Shown here one piece after another: positions 27,697 through 39,719 of a DNA stretch of 58,688 nt (within the stretch, counting starts at the first letter, position 1; every line of letters starts with the position of its first letter). The translations under genes and the position numbers were made by a program. This stretch comes from Perkinsus olseni (lineage: Eukaryota). The notes under the pieces are model-generated. The model was not told the origin of the DNA and did no database searches. It was given only the letters and a program-made list of their open reading frames with translations. The DNA lies in contig JABANN010000163.1 of assembly GCA_013115125.1 (NCBI GenBank), positions 1 through 58,688 on the forward strand. Reading direction: 5' to 3'.

Positions 27697-28372
27697 CTAA
27701 TGGCCCAAAATATCCTGATTGTCCGGCTTGTTGGTGTAGTACAGAGTATTGGTAGCACGGTAGTTATTGAGATAAACACCGGATACCTGCATAGAATGAG
27801 GATGACCTCTGCAAAGGGCAGGATGCATTACGATCATCAGGCCGAATGCGACTTGGAAGGAAAATCCACCGAAGACGCTGTTCCAACCGGTCCAGTCGAT
27901 CCAATCCTTTACTTGTCTCAGGACAGGGGGGCGGTTCATCCCATAAACGTATCTCCCGTATCTGCCAAGGTCGAGCATAACTCGAGGATGCCCCTTAGTA
28001 GCATACCTTCGAGGTCCGAAGTACTTGACAGGATGTGGAATGTGACCACCTTTCAAAGGGAGAAGAACTCGGACGGTCGACATGTTGTCGATACCGCACT
28101 CAACGAGGGTATCTTTCAATCATGATAGGCATACTCACGGTAGCTTGGCATTACCATCGTCATCCATAATTTTACTGTTGAACACGATCTTAATGTCGGT
28201 TCTGTCGATTCCTGAAAGGTTCTCTTCTTGCACTTGACCTCGAACAACCGAAGTCCGAAAGATGCCCACCAGTCTTGTCGGCCAGGTCCATTCTAAGCTC
28301 AGCAATGAGCTCATCCGCTTCAACGTCTACTGCCACTGGACAGGCGTCGATTCCCGAGGCGAATATTTGCAT
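27697..28372 (-). CDS. Ubiquitin-like domain (76 aa ending LKGG) fused to a ~100-aa single-TM protein; 4 exons
   Basis: Spliced translation: MQIFASGIDACPVAVDVEADELIAELRMDLADKTGIDRTDIKIVFNSKIMDDDDTLVECGIDNMSTVRVLLPLKGG | HIPHPVKYFGPRRY...WNSVFGGFSFQVAFGLMIVSGVYLNNYRATNTLYYTNKPDNQDILGH*. Confidence 0.85.
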
Positions 28373-28905
28373 TTAGGGAGCCAAGTGTTTACCCTGTACT
28401 AAGAGAATGCATGATCCTGATCTGGAGGATGGACGTTTGTGCGAAAAAGTAACGGACGATTATGCGTGAAAAGTTCCGGTTTAAATGCGTGATTTTCTCC
28501 CCATGTTCCGATAAGTCTGTGATATGAAGGCATGTATATGATTGTTCTCCAAGTCCCAGGCATCATTCGTTGGACAAACTGGAGCTTCGATGGCTCTGAA
28601 TTTCAGTGTTGAAGCGATGCCGAGTAGCATGTGACAATTTCGCGCCGCGGTGAATCTCACTTTCAGGCTCTGAATTCCCCCTTCCATCTTACGCTTAGTT
28701 ACCGGATATCTCAGATTAAAGTCAACAGAATCTCACCATTACTGCGGCCTTCGGCGATCAAGGTGTCTTAGAGCGTTCTCCGTGGTCCTTGGAGCGACCT
28801 GAGGTGTGCAGACCAGCGGTTTTGACGTTTTTGTGGGGCGAAGCTACGGCGGGGCTGCGCTGTCGATTAAGTTCTCCTCGACAGTTTGTGTGAGAGATCT
28901 TCAGT

Positions 28906-31516
28906 ATGGCTACTGCCCTCGGCTCCAGTTCAATTCCCGGCATCTTGGCCAGTGGTGCATCAGAGAACAGAGGCGAAAATGCGAGGTACCTAGGGTTGAA
29001 GCGTGGAAGATGCGAAACAGGTTGGGGACAGTTCAATTTGTCAGGCTTGAGAGTTTCGTCGGAGCCATCGCAATTGGTGATCTCGTGAAGACTACTCTTG
29101 GCCCCAGGGGTGAGTCACGAACCCTCAAGCCTCTCTCGAAACTCTCGATCAGGCATGGACAAGATTCTGGAGAGCATGGACAAGCAGGGCCCTCGTGGGA
29201 AAAACGTCACTGTTACCAACGATGGCGCTACTATTCTACAGTCCATTTGGGTTGATAACCCCGCAGCTAAAATCCTCGTCGACATGAGTCGGACTCAAGT
29301 GAGATGCCATAGAAACACCCACCTGCGAATTGCGTTCTTTTTAGGATCAACAATGTGGCGACGGTACGACTTCAGTGGTCGTCTTGGCGGCGGAGATGCT
29401 CCGTAGGGCTGAGGATCTGGTTACTATCCAGAAGCTCCACCCTATGGTTATCATCAAGGTAACGGGTGCTCGGCACTCCCAGCAGCTCACTACTCTTCTC
29501 TCAGGGATTCCGTGCTGCTCTCGCTTGCGCGAGGAAGACACTGGATGGCTGTGCCTTCGATAACGGCAAGGATGAAGCCAAGTTCCGTAGGATGGGACAC
29601 CCAGTAACTTCGGTAGCGAGCTCAGGGGTCTCAGGTGAGGATCTCCTCGCCATCGCCCGGACAACACTCTCCTCCAAGCTCCTTCACTACGAGAAGGACA
29701 AATTCGCTGAGCTTGCCGTTGACGCTGTCCTCCGTTTGAAGGGCCGAAAGACTTTAGATTACATCCAGGTTGGTTTAGCAGTCTCCCTCGATGCTGTGGT
29801 CAAGCTTTGAGCGCTTCAGGTCATCAAGAAGCCAGGCGCGTCGTTGCGCGACAGCTACCTTGAGGACGGTTTCATCCTCGAGAAGCGCATTGGCACGGGG
29901 ATGCCTAAGAAAATTCAGGACTGCAATGTGAGTAGTTTCATTGAATTCATTTTCTGAGTCCACTTTCAGGTGATGATTGCTAACACTCCCATGGACACCG
30001 ATAAGATCAAGATCTACGGAGCTCGGGTGAAGGTCGATTCTTTGACCAGCGTTCAGGAGATCGAGGTACTACTGGGCTACCGCGGCTTAACTCTGGTTGA
30101 AAATGATGTTCTTCAGGCTGCCGAGAAGGAAAAGATGAAGGACAAGGTCAACAGGATATGCGACTCAGGCTGCAACGTTTTTATCAACAGGTAGTCCGAA
30201 GCTTACCTCGTTTTTCGCTATTAACGTCATTTTTTAGACAATTGATCTACAACTACCCCGAGCAGTGCTTCCGTGACCGTGGGGTTGTCGCCATTGAGCA
30301 CTCGGACTTTGACGGCACCGAGAGACTCGCTGCCGTGCTTGGTAGAAACTCTCATCCGCGCGAGTTCGTCATTTTCGGAGTCCCGTCAGATGCTGATATT
30401 GCCTCCACTTTCGAGGAGCCCAAGAAGATCAAGCTAGGCCACTGCAAGGAAATTAAGGAGATCATGTTGGGTAGGCCTTGCTGCGTCGCCAGGAGTGATG
30501 ACGTCATTTCATTACTCAGGTGAAGATAAGGCCATTCAGTTCAGTGGCTGCGCTTCCGGCGAGGCCTGCTGTATTGTCCTTAGGGGAGCTAGTCAGCACG
30601 TACTTGATGTAAGTCCAGAGTTGCTATTCGTTTCAACCCCCGTAATAAAAAGAGATCCAGTGCGCAATAGACCAACTCATGATGAGTATCCCATCTAACC
30701 GGTCAAACTGGCATTTGATTCAGGGTTCTTGCGGGGTGACTTTAGACAGATCGTAGTACTACAATCTCCGCTGCATGACATAATCTGGTTCTTCTGCTCC
30801 GCTCCATTCGTTACCCTTTTCAGGAAGCTGAGCGTTCTCTTCACGATGCTTTGGCAGTGCTCTACCAGACCATCAGCGAAACTAGGGTCGTATACGGCGG
30901 TGGATGCACCGAGATGGAGATGGGTGTTCACGTTCTAGAATTGGCCTCCAAGACTGAGGGAAAGGTAGTATCTAGTAGTCTGTTCTCCTCGTTGTACGGC
31001 TCGTGTGTTCAGGAAGCACTTGCCATCGAAGCCTTCGCTAAGGCCCTGATGGCTATGCCACGCATTCTGTCAGAGAACGGAGGCTTTGATGCCGCTGAGC
31101 TGGTCGGCAACCTCCGAGCAATGCATCAGAAGGGACACGCTGACGCCGGCCTCGATCTCTCTAAGGGGTGAGTGATATTGGAGTTCTTTCTCACCTCTAG
31201 CACGCAGTGATGAGTATGCGTTGCTTTCGCCAGCTGCACGTTCTCCTCGTTGCATGAATAACTTCAGAGGTCTCGAAGGCGTACATCTATAACTACAGTT
31301 TTCATGCCCTGATCGAGGTCGTTTTCACATCTCGCCTGTTTCTCGACATTGTCGATTGTATTGCCTTTCAGCGTGGTAGCGAGTATGTCGGACCTTCGGA
31401 TCTGCGAGTCCTACCGTTCCAAGCTCTCTCAACTTTGCGCTGCGACTGAGGCTGCCGAGCAAGTCGTCCGCGTCGACAACATCATCAGAAACGCTCCGAG
31501 GCAGCGCAACGCATAA
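28906..31516 (+). CDS. CCT2: T-complex protein 1 subunit beta (chaperonin CCT-beta), multi-exon
   Basis: [136 protein letters not shown]. Confidence 0.97.
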
Positions 31517-31842
31517 GTAGGATGACTAGGGAGCAGCGATTCCTTCATTTTGATTTTCAGGTGTTACACGTTCCTGCGATAGTACGCCACCACGTCCTTG
31601 TCAAGTGCCCGGAGGAGGGAGAGTGGCGGCCTTATTGTGTGACGTAGATGATAAACCTGCCTCCTCGTAAAGATACCTTTTCGTTAGAATCCGGATTCGT
31701 GTTAAGTTAGGGTTGTGGCGTTGCGCACTGGTTGCTGGGCGAGGGCATCCCTGCTGATGTCCGAGAGCAACCTTCGCTGCTGTTAAACGCGACTTCGGGT
31801 TAGCCTGGAATTGCCTCTTGGCATCGGCGACACTAACACCGA

Positions 31843-32084
31843 GCTAGTCGTATCACCAGCATCTACTGTGGTGACACTATGCTAGTCGTATCACCAGCAT
31901 CTACTGTGGTGACACTATGCTAGTCGCATCACCAGCATCTACTGTGGTGACACTATGCTAGTCGCATCACCAGCATCTACGGTGGTGACGCTATGCTAGT
32001 CGTATCACCAGCATCTACGGTGGTGACGCTATGCTAGTCGTATCACCAGCATCTACGGTGGTGACACTATGCTAGTCGTATCAC
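31843..32084. repeat. Tandem array of a 38-bp unit, about 6.4 copies, each with an internal hairpin
   Basis: Unit GCTAGTCG(T/C)ATCACCAGCATCTAC(T/G)GTGGTGAC(A/G)CTAT repeated head to tail with no spacers. TCACCA/TGGTGA inverted repeat inside each unit. Confidence 0.97.
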
Positions 32085-33296
32085 GTGAGGCTGAGTTTCG
32101 TTAACTGAACGGGATCGTTCCAAAAGAGTATTGTTCAATTAATAATCAGGCTGTGATGCTGCTTGCAAGAAAAGAGGATCTAACCTCGACGGTTTTCAAC
32201 AACTTCCCGAACATATTAACCTCATGTGAGAGATAAAGCTCGAAGGTTTATTCGTCTGCTACCCTTTTACTCCGACATTGCCCTTTCCCAGTTCTTGACC
32301 CGGAACATGCTCGGTATGCGGATGCGCTCATCAATTGACGCCCAATGGATACCGTTGCTAGAGAGCTCCCCATCAATTCCCGGAGGATCCCAAATTCACA
32401 GCAACGTGAACACTGCATGAACAGTAAGAGGAAAAAGCATTGGCGAGCATGACGGCGACGGTGATAATAATGAATTGTCCTCCACGGAGGCGCTCCTAAA
32501 CGTGCGTCTTTCCTGAACTCAGAGAGTTCCTAATCTCGAATAATCATGGATATATGAAAACGGGACATCATAATGGTAGCAGGCTTGCAGTTGAGTGAGA
32601 ATACTCATCGAATTGAACGGTAACAACACCTGGATAGCAGTAGTTGTAGCAGCAGCGGGGGTACGACCAGTGAAAGAAGGATGATGATGAGTGTTTACAT
32701 AACTGAACTTATCAGATTCATGCAGAAATCTAACTTGGCTTCTATCCGCCAATGCTCCTATCGGCATATTCCACGCCAATGAATTCCATCAGTCGAACTC
32801 TTCGCTCAACAGAATCGTTATTTTCTCGGTGCTGCCTTCCATAACGCTCGAGGAAGAGCTTCCGCCTCTCAGCGGAGTCCCTGACAGCGAATGGGTCCAC
32901 AACCTTCTGTCGAATACCATTGGAGTGGAAATGAGCTAATGCCAGTAACGAGCAAGCGATGCGCAACGGCATTTAGCGAGAAGTCAGTGTACAACACCCG
33001 CTCGCTATCCCAGTTCAATTCGTCACTTACTTTGAACATCCTCAGATCGAGGCAGCATGGCGGGCATTGGAACAGGGAGCGCGGGCACGTAGTCTCCGAA
33101 CTGAGAACAACCCTACATTAACAAAGAGGAAAGGGGGCCTCTTACGCCCGGCATTGGGAACGGTGTGATCATGGGGTTCAGCGGAGGGTATAGAGCTTCT
33201 GAAGAAAACCATCGAAATGAAGTTTGGCAAGGTCACTCAGTTCGGTCAAAAATCGCGCAGGAATCAAGATATCACAGTTAACGGCTGAGAGAACTA

Positions 33297-35767
33297 CTAA
33301 AAGCTCGCCTCCGCCGCAACAAGCTGCCCAATAAATGTAAAACGCTGGTGTAATCTAGAAACCGGGGTGTACTCCTCGCACATTCCCCTACGTTCGTATT
33401 GACTGTAGCTGTGTATCCCCAGGAGAGCAGCCGCGGCGGCAGCTGGGTTGAGAGGACTGGCTTGAAGATATGCTTCCAGAGCTTGCTGCTGCTGATGCAT
33501 GAGAATCTGGGCTTCCTGCGCTGCCACTAGCGCCTGAAAACTGAAATGAGGGGAAGAAGAGCGTCTCTCGACCAACCTGTAGCTGAGTCACTCAGCTCTT
33601 CATCAGCAGCACACTCAGCCTGAGTGTGCTGCTGATGAAGAGCTCCCACAAGCTGCGTGAGAGCATTCACAGATTCCTCAGGAGTGCAAGGGCAGGGCTG
33701 AGAAGAGTGCAGTACCAAGGCGTTCAGCAGACTGTAGGCGGTGCAAGACTCCTCAGGCGTAGCAGGCATGGAACTGTTGGCGCTGCGATGGTACACCAAT
33801 TACTCTAGTTTTCATTAACACCCAAACGAAAGGGAATACACAATCGCCAGGGACCCAGTCGACAATCCTGGAACAGCGGGGCTAGGGATAAGAGAATTAC
33901 GGTGGACAGGTGGAGCGAGTCCGAGTGTAGACTGCCTAATGCAGCCGTAGGCGCATATCTGTACAGGGGTAAGCGGCAACGGACCCGCCAGACTACGTTG
34001 ATCCCATCGCTGCCCGAGACAGGCGTAGTGGCTGAAAGGCTTCCACTCGTCCCCAACGACCCTTCGCTAGTGAAGGGCGGTGTTCCCATCAACCCGCTGA
34101 CGCGAGCGGCGGAGTCCTGGAGCGAAAGACATTCTTCAGACAAGCAGAGTTCGGAGCCTCAACGAAAATTTCATCACCTTCATTCTTGTTCTCTCAGGAG
34201 TTTGTCTCACAACTGGCGTCATCACCTCCCGACGGTGGCGGTCGAACCTGATTCAAGCAATGATGGGGACAGTTACGCATCTTCGACGGACGTGAGAGGC
34301 GCCAGAAGGGATGTACTGATTACAGCTCTCTTCATAATGCTACAACGGATAGAGCCTTATTCATCCAACTTGATTCGACTAATATGAATAATATACCGCA
34401 ACGAAAGAGGAAGCAGCGTGCGTACTCACGTGCCAGTAGCGAGAATAGTTCCAGCTAGATAACGAAGAAATTAGTCGTAGCTGAGTCATGATTGATATCA
34501 GGCTGATGTGGGGCCAATGTATGTCAAATGCAGCTTGCTGATTGAAAGATCCCAAGAAACCTACACGGGAGTGGGACTGGCGGTGGAGGCCTGACTTCTC
34601 GACGTACTCATATCCACAGCACGCAAGTCCTGAGGAGAAGGTCGAAGCGGACATCCCGAGCTGAGCTCACCTCTCTTCCGTGAGCGAATCTACACTCACT
34701 GGCGGAGAGGGGGCAGGCATCCATCTCCCACCTGTCGCAGAGAGTCGTTTTTCTGAGAAATATAGATATTGGACAATACACTATGACGAAAAGCAACAAC
34801 GTTCAGCGTAACATACAAAGTATTGCGCTACAAAAAAGGGTCATTCGCTCACGTCGCACGGTCCCTACGACAGTCTGCGGTAGCGTTCTCAGCCCTCCCA
34901 GGCTGACGAATGAATTTTCGCGCCAGCTGAAGCTATCCACCAAGGCGATTTAACGGATCAAGCTATGAGGATCACTCGATGAGCAAGCGAAAGGAATTCC
35001 ACCTGAGATCCGGCGCGATCTTGAGGTCCTCTTCACCATGGGCGTAGAGACAGTTGTCACCGTGCACACAGCCACGACTAAAGCAGGGGGGAATCATTAA
35101 TCAATAGAAGCGGTTCTTCCTACTCGGATTTATAGTAGACGCACACTCTTGTCTTATGGAAGATACGAGTATCCGTGCCACTCCGAAGATCGTCATCTGA
35201 AGGTGAATGGCTGTGAGGCAACTCGTCGGGGAATCCGACTCGAGACGGCACTGGAAGAGCCACTGGAGTCAGTTGAATACACAGTAATAGCAGGATAATA
35301 TATAAGTTGTGCTACGGAACCTTCTCCTACTGACCCCGGCAGGTCGCATGCACTGGCATGCTACCAGTGTTGCTCATGAAAGCTCAGTAAAATCCGCGGC
35401 TATACCTTAGTCATGAAAAGTTTCCGCTGGACTGATGCGGTGCTGCACCACAAGACGGAAATTACGATACGTATATGTCTCAGAATATACCAGAATAGTT
35501 CGAGCGTCGACGGCGAGTTCATGGCCATCATCAGCCTATGTACTCGTCTCTTACCCGGAGTGTCTTCGGCCGACTCAGGGAATGGAGGCGGCTGCTGGAA
35601 CACTGAAGAGCGACAGTAGCCTAAGGCCACACCAGAGTCGATCCCTCACCTTGAGACATGAGAGAGCCGAGAGCCTTCGAGGTAGCGGTATCAGCAGCCG
35701 TGCCGACAGAGAACTCGTCGCTGATAGTAGTGGTAGAGGTTGGAGTTGGTGGGGAGGCTGGCATCAT
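33297..35767 (-). CDS. Tandem CCCH zinc-finger RNA-binding protein (TIS11/ZFP36-like fingers), multi-exon; 3' end approximate
   Basis: KTRVCVYYKSSRGCVHGDNCLYAHGEEDLKIAPDLRKTTLCDRWEMDACPLSASECRFAHGRE. Ser/Pro/Gln/Ala low-complexity flanks. Probable ATG at 35767. Confidence 0.85.
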
Positions 35768-36513
35768 TACACCTCAGAAATAAACTGAGACTCTTGGGAA
35801 CCGAGCGAAACCGCATGGGCATCCACGATCCGTCGAACCCGAAACTGTCTTGCTCAGTGGAGCTACTAGCCTCTACGATTTTGAGCGTCCAGTACCGCCG
35901 ATTGGACCGCTGTGAATGGCCGACTCGAGGGAAGCACGCCCACTTAAATTCACGAATCCACTGCATGGACGACGTCCATTGGACGTCACATAGAATGCGT
36001 GCCAGACGGGCGATAATCGAAGGGGATAGGATTGGCGGACCTCAAGAGAGCATAATAACGTATAATATCTTGATACAGGTCAATCTAGAACCAAATTGCT
36101 CCTGGAGCGATGAGTCACTATTCGCGCAAATCATCAGAGGATCAGCAACGATGAGGTCATCATGCAACACCTTTATCAAAGAGAAGAACCAACGGGAGGA
36201 GGCGTGCAACCGCACTACCACGCCGAGGATATATGAATGATAATACGAACAATGAATAATAAGTACGAGGGGTCCCCCCGGAGGGGAGGTGGAGGGGCAA
36301 TTCCCACACACTCTAGCGGAGCGATTGCCGATAGCGCACTCGCAAGAGGATACCCCCGACGTGAATCTATAAATAAAGGACAAGAATTGTACATCTTCAG
36401 GGCCTTTTCGAACGATTGGCCTCAGCGGGCGTCACCTGAAAATACAAAATGAAGTTATGGAACCCAAAACTTATCGATGGATGACAACGAGATCCACCAC
36501 TACACTAATTGCG

Positions 36514-38400
36514 CTACTTCTTTTTAATCGATGGTTTGAGTAGTTGGAAAGAGCACATGAGGTCGTCCCGAATCGACATCATGGCTCCAGCATTGTCAAA
36601 CTCCCCACAATAATGAGGTGCCGAGAATATCGTTACCTGACCGATCTCAACAATGAATCAAAAACACCGATTAATTGAGGCTACAGAGTGGATGAGGTAC
36701 CAAGGTACTGACGGATTTTCTCAATGGGAATAATCTTTAACAGAGGGGAGCTTGAGAGCAAGGAAAACTACCATTTGACGCTGGGCAAAAAACTCGTAGC
36801 CATCCTCCACCACTTGATGTGCCCGCACAACCAAGTCATAATCGAACCTGCACGGCCTGTACTCCCTGCCAAGGGAAGCCCACGGTCACTTTTCTAGAAA
36901 ATCCTGTACTACATCAGCTCCGAAAGTGTAGCTTACGCCACGGTCATTCTCAGCCCAACCTGCGGATAATCGTTTGCGAGTTTGAATATCGCCGCCAGAT
37001 GTCTACCAGTTACGCCAGGCTCGGGGTCGCTCCATAATAAATCGCAGACCAAACCTTCCTCAGGAACCTAAACACCTCTTTCGGTACAGCGGTCACTAAA
37101 CCGAACAACGTCAGGGCTCGCAAATTCTAAACCATTCTTGAGGTAAGGACATAAGTGACAAGAGACTGCATGCTGGCAAGCTGAAGATGTGAGCCCAGTA
37201 GTCCTCTCGCTAACGTTACATTTGCCCGAACATCCATATGTCACCACTACAGCGCCAATGGGATTTCTATTTCATCGTAGATTGCGAGTAGAGTAAAACA
37301 TTTGCATCACCACAAACGAATTATTCACATGATCGTACGCCCGCGGCTGTTCGAAGTTCATATTAGAGACTCAGGATATTCGTTTCTACTCTGATAGGGC
37401 CTCAACTGCTCGACGCTGTCGAACACTGCTCGATAAGCAATTGAGGTCGTGAGAAACCGTCGAGCCGTCAGATTCGTAGCAACGTACCTCTATGGGTCGC
37501 TTGACATTATTGATCGCCGACATGCTGGTAAGATCAGGGCTCAGCCCGGCATGGACGCAGAATATCTTCTCATCGATGGTGGCTGAGATGAGGCAACATG
37601 GAGTTCACGCGCCACGAAATTGCTCGACGAACCCGCGAGAGGTAGGAGATTGAACATGTCGCAGAAACTCTTCCAGAGCTTGACGTTGAACCGTCGCTTC
37701 ACTTCATCATAGAATCCGTAAATACGTGAAATGGGCGCGCATTCGTGATTGCCGCGGAGGAGGTAGCTGACGCGATGAAGTCAGAAAGGAGTGGTATCGA
37801 CTCCGTGGGTCATAGCTCACATTTTATCGGGGAACTTCACCTTCAACGCGGATAGCAGCACCATGCATTCCATCCCATACGCACCGCGATCAACATAGTC
37901 TCCAAGAAAAAGGTATCTGAAAAAACTCGCTCAACCGAACCCCTAACAACAATGAGCGCGCACCTCGTGTCCGGAGGGAAACCACCACAATCCAGTAAGC
38001 GTAGAAGGTCCGGATACTGCCCATGTATGTCACCAACGATCTTGCACGGTGCATCGACGTTTAGCAGGCTCGGTTCCCCTAAGACACGGGTCACCCAGTC
38101 AGTTGCATTACAGTGATCACCTTCGAGAATCTTTTTGAGTTTAACGATGCAGCATTTGATATCAGCTTCTTGCATCGGCACCGGCTGAAAAAGAGGCACG
38201 TCCAAATCTCAACCAGGATCCGACCCTCTCCTCAGGGATAGCTCACCTTCGTTATTGGCTTGCCTTTCACGGCCAGGAGCTGGTCGATGAGGCTGTCAGG
38301 CGTCCACCTGAGATTCACTAAATCGAACTTCAGAGGGAAATAGCATCTACTTGTCTATTTGCTCCGGCGTCGGCTCAGTCTTGTTCACCAAACGTTTCAT
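36514..38400 (-). CDS. PP1: Serine/threonine protein phosphatase, PP1 family, multi-exon
   Basis: [109 protein letters not shown]. Confidence 0.95.
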
Positions 38401-38757
38401 TAGTGAAAAGGCAAGCTAACGACAGAACCAACTTTTATGAGGGTTAAAACTTCCGTCCTCGCTGGTCTGGCATGGCCTCCAACCCAACCACTTCCGCATC
38501 TCGCACGCTCAACCTCGAGATGCCCCCGCATTCAACCATTTTTCTCCACGAAACGCCCTTGAAAATCCTAACATCCGAGTTCGATTCTTCATCCTGTCAT
38601 CCCTTGCCAATTTCGTGGTTCGAGACGGGGCCCGGCAGGGACGGTACGCGCGAAGTCAAACGCGCACTTCCGGGCGAGCGCTAAACTAAGTCAAAACAGC
38701 GCACGCCATAAAAAGTAGCATGATCGGCTGACGGCATCTCCGTGTAGGTCCCGGCCT

Positions 38758-39547
38758 TTGCCTTTTTTCCGGATCAACGATTCATTGCAGTGGTCCTTGG
38801 GGATGCTGAAATGGTCACCTATACTATACGGCACTAAGCCGAAAGAGTTCAACAAGCTATGGCGATCTATTCCGGGCGCGAGAGAAGTGGCTGCTGGGGA
38901 GAGAGGCGGTAAGACTATGCCGCGGCTTAGGTTGAAGAGGAAAGGAGTTATTGATGAAAAGTAGTAGTCGCAGTGGTTGCCAGAAGGCTCATCGTGTACT
39001 GTCTAAGTCTTTCTGGCGAATGCTCGCATCTTCCGTGGTAGAACCATAAAGATTGTATAATCGTGACGGAAAATTCGTAAAGAGAGTGGAAAAATATCTG
39101 GGGTGGAATGTTCTCATACTCGGTTCGCTTCGCCTAGTTGTGAGATTCCAGTGGTGATCAGTAGATGAGGATCAGTGGTGATGATGTCGTTGGAAATCCA
39201 GTTGAAACTTTTTGACGGGACAGCCTGTATCAACGGCATCGCAAGAACCATTGACATCAGCGAAGTGCTCATTATTGTGATGTATGAAGAGAAGCAGCCG
39301 TTATCGCCATAGAATAGCATCATACCTATTCTTCATCTTTTGTCCTTTCGTAGTAAACTTTCTAGCTGAGAAATGGCGTCAATTCAGGTATGAGAATGAT
39401 TGGGCTAATCCATGGCATGCTCGACGGAGGAGGGATACTCCTGATGATATGGTGAAAGGTTTGCTGTATAACCCTGAGGGCTTGGACGCCGGCACGATTG
39501 GACCTCATGTTTTCCGCGCGGTAATGCCTGGACGATGGCGCTCTTGA
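38758..39547 (+). CDS. Small hypothetical protein with one hydrophobic segment, probably spliced; start uncertain
   Basis: Last exon IASYLFFIFCPFVVNFLAEKWRQFRYENDWANPWHARRRRDTPDDMVKGLLYNPEGLDAG...GRWRS* is protein-like. An upstream exon candidate lies at 38758-38960. Confidence 0.45.
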
Positions 39548-39719
39548 TACACAAATAAGCATCATAGAGTCGCCCAGTGTTTCGGTACCACATTCGAAGC
39601 AGTTGCTAAGATAATGGGAAACTTTTGCTTTAGCGGTATCATCGAACCGCTGCAGACTGTAGTCTGCAGAAGTGCGATCTTCTCAGTCTTCGACCAAGAT
39701 TGAGCACATCGAAGATGTA

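Noticed and set aside
31843-32084. CRISPR array (CRISPR-sized palindromic repeat)
   Set aside because: Units are directly adjacent with no unique spacers, there are no cas genes, and the context is eukaryotic.
37068-37486. Apparent truncation of PP1 after KRPIE
   Set aside because: This is a ~420-nt intron. The [15 protein letters not shown] exon resumes at about 37067.
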